Of a stretch of DNA of 61,274 bases, positions 19,420 through 27,393 are shown one piece after another. The stretch's first letter is position 1. Every line of letters begins with the position of its first letter. The stretch is from Candidatus Omnitrophota bacterium. GTDB lineage: Bacteria; Omnitrophota; Gorgyraeia; Gygaellales; Profunditerraquicolaceae. The stretch lies in contig JAQTQJ010000011.1 in the NCBI GenBank assembly GCA_028712255.1, positions 1 to 61,274 of the forward strand. The letters run 5' to 3'. The translations under genes were made by a program, and so were the position numbers. The notes under the pieces are model-generated. The model searched no databases. It was not told the origin of the DNA and was given only the letters and a program-made list of their open reading frames with translations.

Positions 19420-19578
19420 GTGGGTAAATTTTTAATTTTAAAAGAGTTAGGGGAGTTTCTGTGGATAAGGAAAAAGTGGTGGCTAACTCCGATTTTAATT
19501 ATGTTTGTTTTGTTTGGGATGTTGGTATTTTTTACACAGAGTAGTGCAGTAGCTCCATTCATTTATACGCTTTTCTAA
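19420..19578 (+). CDS. DUF5989/SxtK-like micro-membrane protein (not in the supplied track)
   Basis: GTG start 6 nt after AGGAGG. 52 aa: VGKFLILKELGEFLWIRKKWWLTPILIMFVLFGMLVFFTQSSAVAPFIYTLF*. The KKWW-TM-APFIYTLF ending matches my recollection of this family. Confidence 0.7.
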   Translation: MGKFLILKELGEFLWIRKKWWLTPILIMFVLFGMLVFFTQSSAVAPFIYTLF

Positions 19579-19584
19579 TTTTTC

Positions 19585-20487
19585 ATGATAGATAAACATA
19601 AGATTAAAAGGATTTTAGCAGTCCGTAATGACAGGTTTGGAGAGTTTTTACTGAATATTCCGGCTCTAAGGGCACTGAAAGAGGAATATCCCCAGGCAAA
19701 GCTTACCTTGGCGGTAAATCCTGTAGTTTGTGGATTGGCAAGTATAGTTGAGTGTATTGATGAGGTAGTAGTTTGGGATCAAATTAAGAAGAATTTGAGG
19801 AAATATAAATTTGAACTTGGAGTTGTTTTGAATCCTACCAAAGAGGCGCATCTGAATATTTTTCTGGCAGGCATTCCTGTCAGAGTAGGCTATAATAGGA
19901 AGTGGGGATTTTTGCTTACTCATAAGCTAAGAGATACAAAGGATATTGGCAAGAAACATGAAGTAGATTCTAATTTAGAGTTAGTTGCTTTAGTTGGAGC
20001 GTATACTCAGAATAAGTCTATTTTAATTAAAGTTAATGAAAAGCTTTTTCCTGAACTATCAAATCAGAAAATAATAGCAATACATCCTTTTACCAGTGAT
20101 CCGGTAAAGCTTTGGGCGATTGATAATTTTAAAGAATTGGCAGGGCGTATTAGGCGGCAATTAGGCCTCAAGGTTATATTAGTTGGGTTATCTCAAGACG
20201 CTATAAAAGTAGAGGGCGATATTATAAATATGATTAATAAGACTTCTCTATTGGAATTAGCCGCATTATTAAAACATTGTTCATTACTTATTTCAGGTGA
20301 TAGCGGGCCAGTGCATTTAGCTGCGGCTGTAGGTACCCCAGTGATAGCGTTATTCAGGAATGATTTAGCCGGTAAGGCTGCTAAACGTTGGGGGCCATAT
20401 GGAGAAGGACATATTGTGATTGAAAAGAGTAAACTTAGCGATATAAGCATAGATGAAGTATTTAATAGAATAAAGGACAAGGAATGA
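19585..20487 (+). CDS. Glycosyltransferase family 9 (heptosyltransferase-like)
   Basis: 300 aa. ILAVRNDRFGEFLL and SGDSGPVHLAAAVGTP motifs. Confidence 0.8.
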   Translation: MIDKHKIKRILAVRNDRFGEFLLNIPALRALKEEYPQAKLTLAVNPVVCGLASIVECIDEVVVWDQIKKNLRKYKFELGVVLNPTKEAHLNIFLAGIPVRVGYNRKWGFLLTHKLRDTKDIGKKHEVDSNLELVALVGAYTQNKSILIKVNEKLFPELSNQKIIAIHPFTSDPVKLWAIDNFKELAGRIRRQLGLKVILVGLSQDAIKVEGDIINMINKTSLLELAALLKHCSLLISGDSGPVHLAAAVGTPVIALFRNDLAGKAAKRWGPYGEGHIVIEKSKLSDISIDEVFNRIKDKE

Positions 20488-21590
20488 TTTTTAAAAGTGA
20501 GACGGATGCTGCGCCTAAAAAATTTAATTTTTTGATCATTAATCCTTTTGGTATCGGGGATGTCTTATTTACTACGCCGGTAATTAAAGCATTAAAGTCT
20601 CAATATCCAGATTCCTTTATCGGTTATTGGTCAAATCTAAGGGTTAAGCCGATTCTTGAAACTAACCCTCAGATAAACAAGGTTTTTGCTCTGTCACGCG
20701 GCGACTTTAAGAAAATTTTTCAGGAATCATTTTTTAAGGGAATATGGAATGCAATTAAGTTAACTTGGCAGATAAAAAAAGAGCATTTTGACATTTGTCT
20801 TGATTTCTCTCTTGATCACCGCTATAGTTTATTTACAAAAATAATCGGTATCAGCCAACGCATTGGATTTAACTATAAGGGAAGAGGCAGGTTTCTTACC
20901 AAGCGAATTGATTTGACAGGATATCAGGATAAACACGTAGTTGAATATTATTTAGAGCTTTTAAAATTTCTGAATATTCCTGTGGCAGATAAGAGTCTGT
21001 GCCTGAATATTTCTGCGCAGAGCCGGAGGAAGGCGCTAGATTTATTAACTGTTGTCGGAATCCAAGATAATGATTTGATAGTTGGTATTGTCCCTGGAGC
21101 AGGAGGTAGTTGGGGTAAGGATTCAGTCTATAAGCATTGGCCGGCATTGAAATTTGCTCAAGTAGCTGGTATGCTTGCCGGGGAGCTTAAAGCAAAAATC
21201 GTAATTTTAGGAGATGAATCTGAGCGCAAGATTGCTGAAGTTATTACGCATGTTATGCGTAATAAGCCAATAGATTTTACAGGTAAGATTGGATTGGAGA
21301 TTTTACCAGCAGTAATTAAAAATTGTAATTTACTCATTACTAATGATGGCGGCCCTATGCATATGGCAGTAGCTTTGGGGGTGAAAACAGTTTCTGTATT
21401 TGGCCCGGTAAGCGAGCTGGTGTACGGGCCGTTTCCAGATAGTTTTAAACATGTAGTTTTAAAATGGGATATGTCTTGTCGGCCATGCTATAATAATTTT
21501 AGGTTAAGCCCATGTGATAAAGACAGGGAATGTTTAAAATCCGTAAGTGTGAAAGCAGTTTTTGAAGCAGCAGTGAAGTTATTGAGTTAA
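20484..21590 (+). CDS. Glycosyltransferase family 9 (heptosyltransferase-like)
   Basis: 368 aa. INPFGIGDVLFTTP and TNDGGPMHMAVALG motifs. Confidence 0.8.
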   Translation: MIFKSETDAAPKKFNFLIINPFGIGDVLFTTPVIKALKSQYPDSFIGYWSNLRVKPILETNPQINKVFALSRGDFKKIFQESFFKGIWNAIKLTWQIKKEHFDICLDFSLDHRYSLFTKIIGISQRIGFNYKGRGRFLTKRIDLTGYQDKHVVEYYLELLKFLNIPVADKSLCLNISAQSRRKALDLLTVVGIQDNDLIVGIVPGAGGSWGKDSVYKHWPALKFAQVAGMLAGELKAKIVILGDESERKIAEVITHVMRNKPIDFTGKIGLEILPAVIKNCNLLITNDGGPMHMAVALGVKTVSVFGPVSELVYGPFPDSFKHVVLKWDMSCRPCYNNFRLSPCDKDRECLKSVSVKAVFEAAVKLLS

Positions 21591-21592
21591 AT

Positions 21593-21650
21593 AAAGGGGT
21601 CGGTTCTATTTTTTAGAACTGGACTCGGGAAAAATAGAACCGTCCCCTTT
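21593..21650. repeat. Family A palindrome (AAAGGGGACGGTTCT...AGAACCGTCCCCTTT), likely bidirectional intrinsic terminator
   Basis: AAAGGGGTCGGTTCTATTTTTT-loop-AAAAATAGAACCGTCCCCTTT followed by a T tract. The loop is similar to the copy at 24282. Confidence 0.85.
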
Positions 21651-21677
21651 ATTTTATCAGGATATCAAAGGAGATTC

Positions 21678-22835
21678 ATGAATATACCGACATTGGATTT
21701 AAAGAAGCAGATTGAGCCGATTCGTCAGGAATTGGATGCGGCAATAAAAGAAGTAATTGATAATACAAGTTTTATTCTTGGATCTGGTGTCGATAAGTTC
21801 GAGCGGCATGTTACTGAATATTCCGGCGCAAAATATGCAATTGGAGTTTCAAATGGTACCGACGCTATTTCTCTTGCAATGTTAGCGCTGGGAATTAAGC
21901 CTGATGATGGTGTAATTTGTCCTGCGTTTACCTATTATGCGACAGCTGGAGCGGTGGCAAATATAGGGGCTGTCCCGGTTTTTGCGGATATTGATTGCGA
22001 TACTTATAATATTTCGCTTGAAAGTGTGGAAAAAATATTATCTAGAAAGAATAAATTCAAAATAAAAGCAATTATTCCAGTGCATCTTTACGGGGCTTGT
22101 GCTGACATGGATGGGGTTTTGAAGCTGGCGCGTCAGTATAAAATCAAGGTTGTGGAAGATACAGCACAAGCATTCGGGGCAGAGTATCGAGGTAAAAAAG
22201 CAGGTACGCTTGGTGATTGCGGCACTGTGAGTTTCTACCCTGGAAAAAATATCGGTGCCTTTGGGGATGCAGGATTAATATTAACAAATATTAAAAACCT
22301 GGCAGAAAAAATAAGAATTTTTCGTAATCAAGGTAATAAGGATAAATATTATCATTTATTTTTGGGCCGTAATAACCGCTTAGATTCAATTCAGGCTGCA
22401 GTTCTTGATGTTAAGCTGAAATATCTTGATATATGGAATAAAAAGAGGCAGGAGGTTGCGCAGTACTACAATAGGAATTTAGCCGGGCTTAATCTTAAGT
22501 TACCGGTTGTAGCTAGAAATTCTACGCATATTTATCATCAGTATGTTCTTAGAGCACAGGTTTCAAATAAAAGCTTCGTGGATTACTTGCAAACAAAAGG
22601 AATTGATTCACGGGTATTTTATCCGGTTCCTTTGCATTTGCAGAAATGTTTTAAATATTTAGGATATAAAACAGGAAATTTTCCGGAAGCAGAAAAAGCG
22701 GCAAAGCAAACCTTTACTTTGCCGATTTATCCGGAGTTAACTCTGGAGGAAAAAAATTATATCATTTCTCAAGTCGAAACTGTTTCCCTGCCTTGCCGGC
22801 AGGCAGCTCAATCGGGAAATAGGGTAAAAATATGA
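21678..22835 (+). CDS. DegT/DnrJ/EryC1/StrS-family PLP-dependent sugar aminotransferase
   Basis: 385 aa, family-typical throughout (..SFYPGKNIGAFGDAG..). The last ~17 codons (VSLPCRQAAQSGNRVKI) read into a palindromic repeat. Confidence 0.85.
   Translation: MNIPTLDLKKQIEPIRQELDAAIKEVIDNTSFILGSGVDKFERHVTEYSGAKYAIGVSNGTDAISLAMLALGIKPDDGVICPAFTYYATAGAVANIGAVPVFADIDCDTYNISLESVEKILSRKNKFKIKAIIPVHLYGACADMDGVLKLARQYKIKVVEDTAQAFGAEYRGKKAGTLGDCGTVSFYPGKNIGAFGDAGLILTNIKNLAEKIRIFRNQGNKDKYYHLFLGRNNRLDSIQAAVLDVKLKYLDIWNKKRQEVAQYYNRNLAGLNLKLPVVARNSTHIYHQYVLRAQVSNKSFVDYLQTKGIDSRVFYPVPLHLQKCFKYLGYKTGNFPEAEKAAKQTFTLPIYPELTLEEKNYIISQVETVSLPCRQAAQSGNRVKI
22776..22819. repeat. Family D element (GAAACTGTTTCC ... 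TCAATCGGGAAA) carrying the palindrome CTGCCTTGCCGGCAGGCAG
   Basis: Shares GAAAC(T/A)GTTTCC and TCAATCGGGAAA with 30439-30470. Shares the TGCC(T)TGCCGGCAGGCA core with 59780-59799. Confidence 0.6.
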
Positions 22836-22888
22836 CCCTTCCTTAAAAGGTATAGGAAGGCCTACCCTTGCGGGATAAGGAGTTATTG

Positions 22889-23656
22889 ATGGCAAAATTA
22901 TCGGTTGTAGTTTTAACTAAGAATGAGGAGTCATGTATTGGGCAGTGCCTTGAATCGGTGAAGTGGGCTGATGAAATTATCGTGGTAGATGATGAAAGTA
23001 CAGATAAGACAGTCGAGATTGTTAAAAAATATAACTGTAAAGTTTTCTTTAGGAAAATGGATGTGGAGGGTAAGCATAGAAATTGGGCTTACGCACAGGC
23101 AAAAAATAATTGGGTATTAAGCCTTGATGCAGATGAGACGGTTACGCCTGAATTAAGAATAGAGATTGAGAGCGCAATAGCAACAGATGAATTTGTTGCT
23201 TATGACATTCCTTTGCGTAACTTTATTAGTAATTATTGGGTAAAATACGGTGGTTGGTATCCGGCAGCGAAGGTAAGGCTATTTAAAAAAGATAAATTTA
23301 AATATGAAGAATCTGAGGTGCATCCGCGCGCCTTTATTGAAGGCTCCTGCGGACATCTAAAATTTGATATCATTCATCGAGGATACCCGGATTTAGAGCA
23401 TTTTTTAAATAGTGTGAATCGTCAGTCTACTCTTGAAGCGGTAAAATGGATAAATACCGGCCGTAAGATGACGCTACTTTGGGTTTCTTGGAGGGCGGTG
23501 GACAGATTTTTTAGAAGATACATCCGTAAGAAATCATATAAGGATGGTATGTACGGGTTTGTTATTGCTTATTTTGACACCTTGTATCAAATATTAAGTT
23601 ATGTAAAGTTTAGAGAGATGCAGAATAAAAATAAGCAAAGCTTGAATAGGCACTGA
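22889..23656 (+). CDS. Glycosyltransferase family 2
   Basis: ATG 22889 after AAGGAG. LSVVVLTKNEE ... IVVDDESTD ... LDADE. Confidence 0.75.
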   Translation: MAKLSVVVLTKNEESCIGQCLESVKWADEIIVVDDESTDKTVEIVKKYNCKVFFRKMDVEGKHRNWAYAQAKNNWVLSLDADETVTPELRIEIESAIATDEFVAYDIPLRNFISNYWVKYGGWYPAAKVRLFKKDKFKYEESEVHPRAFIEGSCGHLKFDIIHRGYPDLEHFLNSVNRQSTLEAVKWINTGRKMTLLWVSWRAVDRFFRRYIRKKSYKDGMYGFVIAYFDTLYQILSYVKFREMQNKNKQSLNRH

Positions 23657-23661
23657 ATTAA

Positions 23662-23715
23662 AAAGGGGACGTTTCCCTTTTAGAAGTATAGAATACTAAA
23701 AAGGGAAACGTCCCC
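23662..23715. repeat. Family A palindrome (variant GGGGACGTTTCCC)
   Basis: AAAGGGGACGTTTCCCTTTT-loop-AAAAGGGAAACGTCCCC. Confidence 0.8.
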
Positions 23716-23745
23716 GTTTAAAAGTTACTTGATTGGTATTAAATT

Positions 23746-24282
23746 ATGAAAGCAATTTTTTTAGATAGAGATGGCGTAATAAATAGGTATCCTGGGGATA
23801 AGCTATATGTAACTTCAATAAAGAAATTCAAGTTTTTGCCATATGCAAAAAAAGCAATTGCTTTATTGACCAAAAATGGTTTTAAAATATTTGTAGCATC
23901 CAATCAGGCTGGAATAGGTAAGGGTATATATAGCCAGAAAACTTTAAATATGATAACTGTCAAGATGCTCTCTGATATTGAGAAAGCGGGAGGCAGGATT
24001 GATAAGGTTTATTATTGTACTCATCGTAAAGAAATAGGTTGCTCCTGTCGTAAGCCAAAACCAGGGTTGTTAAAGATGGCTGCAGAAGAGTTTAAAATTA
24101 ATTTAAAAGACGCTTATTTTATTGGCGATGCCATACGCGATATCTTTACTGCGAATGCAGCAGGATGCAAGTCTATTCTGGTGTTGACTGGGAAAGAAAA
24201 ACAAAAAAATCAAAAAAATTGGAAAGTAAAGCCGGATTTTGTATTTAAGAACTTATTGGCGGTAGCTAAATTTTTAAAATAA
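23746..24282 (+). CDS. gmhB: D-glycero-D-manno-heptose 1,7-bisphosphate phosphatase (HAD)
   Basis: 178 aa. IFLDRDGVIN motif I and C.H....C.CRKPKPG zinc motif typical of GmhB. Confidence 0.8.
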   Translation: MKAIFLDRDGVINRYPGDKLYVTSIKKFKFLPYAKKAIALLTKNGFKIFVASNQAGIGKGIYSQKTLNMITVKMLSDIEKAGGRIDKVYYCTHRKEIGCSCRKPKPGLLKMAAEEFKINLKDAYFIGDAIRDIFTANAAGCKSILVLTGKEKQKNQKNWKVKPDFVFKNLLAVAKFLK

Positions 24283-24340
24283 AAGGGGACGGTTCTATTT
24301 TTCTAGAACTGCTCTCTGGAAAAATAGAACCGTCCCCTTT
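24282..24340. repeat. Family A palindrome
   Basis: AAAGGGGACGGTTCTATTTTTC-loop-GAAAAATAGAACCGTCCCCTTT. Confidence 0.85.
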
Positions 24341-24357
24341 ATTTAACAAGTAAAATT

Positions 24358-25449
24358 ATGAAAGTATTAATTACTTATGTTTCAGCAGGCGCCGGGCATC
24401 GTAAAGTAGCTGAGGCAATATATGATTACCTAAAAAATAACCGGCAGGATTTAACTCTTGAGCTGGTTGATCTTTTGCCTTTTACCAGCCGATTTTTTCG
24501 TTTTTGTTATAATCGCGGTTATCCATTCTTAGTACATTCTGCTGTCTGGTTTTGGGGTTTTTTCTTCTGGATGGCAGAGTTTAACCTGACTCGTCGATTT
24601 ATCCGTAAAATTTCTTCTATTATAAATTATTTTAGCTGTCAAAAATTCGTAAAATATCTTGAGGATGAGAATTCTGATTTTATCATTTCTACGCATTTCC
24701 TTAATTCAGAGCTGGCAGCTGGTTTAAAATTAAAAAATAAAATTAAGTCAAAGCTTATTACTGTGATTACGGATTTTGGGGTACATCCGTTTTGGGTATC
24801 TAGGGGAACAGATATCTATATTGCTGCATCAGGGTTTACCAGGGATGAATTATTAAGATCAGGGGTAGATGAAATCCAAATTATGGTTTTAGGGATTCCC
24901 TTCAGCCAAAATTTTAGTAAAACTCAAGATAGAAAGCGCTTGGCAGATAAATTTGGTATTTTGGTAGATAAGTTTACGGTGTTGATTATGACGGGGTCAT
25001 TTGGGACAGGCCCGCTTGAGAAAATTACCCAGAGCCTTTGTGATGAAACGCAAGTATTGGTAGTTTGTGCGAATAATAAATCTCTATTTACGAGGCTGAG
25101 GAAAAAAGATTATAAGAGTGTGAGAGTTTTTGGATTTGTGGATAACGTTGGCGAGCTGATGGCGGTTTCTGATATTATGATTACTAAGCCTGGTGGTTCA
25201 AGTATTACCGAGTTGTTGGTTATGGGATTAGTCCCTATATTTATAACGGCAATACCCGGCCAAGAGAAAAATAATGCTAAAATTTTGGCTGCTTATGGAG
25301 TAGGATTTACACCTGAGAATATTAAGCAGATTAAGAAGTTAGTTATTGATTTAAAGAATGACCCGAAGAAGCTAAAAAGTTTAAAAAACAATGCTATGGC
25401 ATTGGCTAAGCCATTTGCCTGCCAGGAGCTAGCTGATGTTATACGCTAA
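24358..25449 (+). CDS. MGDG-synthase-like / GT28 diacylglycerol glycosyltransferase
   Basis: 363 aa. KVLITYVSAGAGHRKVAEAI N-terminus and C-terminal GT28 domain (ITKPGGSSITE). Confidence 0.7.
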   Translation: MKVLITYVSAGAGHRKVAEAIYDYLKNNRQDLTLELVDLLPFTSRFFRFCYNRGYPFLVHSAVWFWGFFFWMAEFNLTRRFIRKISSIINYFSCQKFVKYLEDENSDFIISTHFLNSELAAGLKLKNKIKSKLITVITDFGVHPFWVSRGTDIYIAASGFTRDELLRSGVDEIQIMVLGIPFSQNFSKTQDRKRLADKFGILVDKFTVLIMTGSFGTGPLEKITQSLCDETQVLVVCANNKSLFTRLRKKDYKSVRVFGFVDNVGELMAVSDIMITKPGGSSITELLVMGLVPIFITAIPGQEKNNAKILAAYGVGFTPENIKQIKKLVIDLKNDPKKLKSLKNNAMALAKPFACQELADVIR

Positions 25450-27280
25450 TGTTGTATTGGGGCTGCCTATTGACGGGCCATTTGATTACCTTGTTCCGCC
25501 TGATTTAGAGAATAAAATTACTGTTGGGATAAGGGTTTTGGTAAATTTCCGCAATAAAAGAGAAGTAGCCTATGTAGTTGGATTAAATAAAAAAACCAAG
25601 ATTAAAAAAATAAAAGAAATTTTGTCAGTTCTTGACCAAGCACCTATTTTAGATGAAAGTATGCTTTTGTTAACTAGGAATTTGGCTCAATATTATTGTT
25701 GTTCCTGGGGAGAGGCTATTGAAACTGCGCTTCCTGAAGGATTAAGAAAAGGTAAAGAAACTAAAAAAGGGGACGGTTCTCTTTTTTTTAATAAAGTTAC
25801 AGGAAAAGAGAACCGTCCCCTTTTTCTTCAAGGGCAGGAGCGTATGTCGGTTTATTTAAAAGAGATTAAGCAATTTTGTGCAGATAGGCGTTCAGTGATT
25901 GTTTTGTTTAGTGATATTTCTGAGGCAGAAAGGGCGAAGAAATTAATTGAGCAAGATTCAGGTTTAGAGGTCTTTTTGGTATTCCGTAAACAGCTAAAGG
26001 AGCTGGAAGTCTGGGAAAAAATCAGGCAGGCACAATGTTGCATTGTTGTTGGAACACGTTCAAGTATTTTCTCTCCGGTAAATAATTTAGGGTTGATTAT
26101 TGTTGATCAGGAGGATGATTCTGTTTATAAACAGGAGCAGGTGCCGCATTATCATGCTAGAGAAGTTGGGTTGATGCGTGCTCAAATTGATGGAGCAAAG
26201 ATTATTTTGGGCAGCTACTGCTTATCTTTGAGAAGCTTTTATCTGGCGCATAAAGAGAATCATGAGTTTAGAATTGTTCCTTCTGAAACAGCATACCCGC
26301 TTGTTAAAGTTATTGATTTGAGCCGGCTTGCTTATGCCGAAAGAAAAATTAAATCTATTTTTTCTAAGTTGTTGGCGGATGCAGTATATTCTACGCTTGG
26401 TGAAAGAGGAAAAATTCTTCTGGTGATTAACCGTAAAGGTTTTGCAACTTCTGCAAGCTGTCATAATTGCGGCGTGGCTTTGAAATGCCCGCGTTGCAAT
26501 ATTAATTTGGTATTTCATTTTGGAGAGGATAAATTAAAATGCCACCATTGTAATTTCAAGATGGAGCTGCCTAAGATTTGCCCTAATTGTAATGCCGGCT
26601 ATATTAAGTATTCCGGTATAGGAACAGAAAAAGTTGAAAGCGAATTAGCCCGGATTTTTCCTCAGGCATCCGTTAAGATAATAGATGAGCAAAAAGGCAT
26701 GGTTAATTTATCTGATGCGGATATTTTTGTGGGCACAGGCTTTGTAGCAAAACAGCAGGGTTCTATAAGGTTTGATTTAATCGGAGTTTTGGCTATAGAT
26801 AATTCGCTTAACCGGATAGATTTTATGGCTTCTGAAAAAACATTTTCCATGCTTATGAGTTTGGTTAGTTTGACCGCTAAGAAAATGATTATTCAGAGTG
26901 CCAACGCCAGCCATCATTGTTTTCAGGCATTGATTAAGAATGACCCTGAATTATTTTATGAAAGAGAATTAGCGCAGCGTAAACAGTTAAATCTTGCACC
27001 GTTTAAACATATGATTTTGCTTAAGATTAGGGGAATAAACCCAGAGAAGGTTAAAAAGGCATCCGTTGATTTATTTCAGAGGTTAAATGCTCTAAAGACG
27101 GCCAGTATGAAAATATTATCTCTTAATTGCGGCCAGCCTGCTAAGTTACGGGGTAATTTTTATTATCAAATATTAATGCGCGCATCTAGTCCACAAAAAG
27201 CCAGCCATTTTTTAAAATCTCACTTAAAAGAATGGCATTATTCAGGTATAATAGTTACGATAGATGTGGATCCGGTTTAA
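25436..27280 (+). CDS. priA: Primosomal protein N' (PriA) homologue with degenerate NTPase motifs
   Basis: 614 aa collinear with PriA (IVVGTRSSIF, YKQEQVPHYHAREV, CHNCG..CPRC..CHHC..CPNC zinc region). Walker A is absent (LQGQERMSVYL) and DEEH is replaced by DQED. Confidence 0.8.
   Translation: MLYANVVLGLPIDGPFDYLVPPDLENKITVGIRVLVNFRNKREVAYVVGLNKKTKIKKIKEILSVLDQAPILDESMLLLTRNLAQYYCCSWGEAIETALPEGLRKGKETKKGDGSLFFNKVTGKENRPLFLQGQERMSVYLKEIKQFCADRRSVIVLFSDISEAERAKKLIEQDSGLEVFLVFRKQLKELEVWEKIRQAQCCIVVGTRSSIFSPVNNLGLIIVDQEDDSVYKQEQVPHYHAREVGLMRAQIDGAKIILGSYCLSLRSFYLAHKENHEFRIVPSETAYPLVKVIDLSRLAYAERKIKSIFSKLLADAVYSTLGERGKILLVINRKGFATSASCHNCGVALKCPRCNINLVFHFGEDKLKCHHCNFKMELPKICPNCNAGYIKYSGIGTEKVESELARIFPQASVKIIDEQKGMVNLSDADIFVGTGFVAKQQGSIRFDLIGVLAIDNSLNRIDFMASEKTFSMLMSLVSLTAKKMIIQSANASHHCFQALIKNDPELFYERELAQRKQLNLAPFKHMILLKIRGINPEKVKKASVDLFQRLNALKTASMKILSLNCGQPAKLRGNFYYQILMRASSPQKASHFLKSHLKEWHYSGIIVTIDVDPV
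25766..25823. repeat. Family A palindrome located in-frame inside priA
   Basis: AAAGGGGACGGTTCTCTTTTTTTT-loop-AAAAGAGAACCGTCCCCTTT, translated as KGDGSLFFNKVTGKENRPLF. Confidence 0.85.
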
Positions 27281-27300
27281 AGAGCGTTAAATTTTGGATT

Positions 27301-27361
27301 AGCTATAAGCCGTAAGCGTTAAGCATTAGGCCTACAGCTTATAGCTTAAAACTTACAGCTT
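27301..27361. repeat. Family B heptad palindrome (nTAAGCT units followed by AGCTTAn units)
   Basis: AGCTATAAGCCGTAAGCGTTAAGC...CAGCTTATAGCTTAAAACTTACAGCT. Confidence 0.8.
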
Positions 27362-27393
27362 GTTTTTAGAATTTAGTGCTTGAGGGAGTTAAT

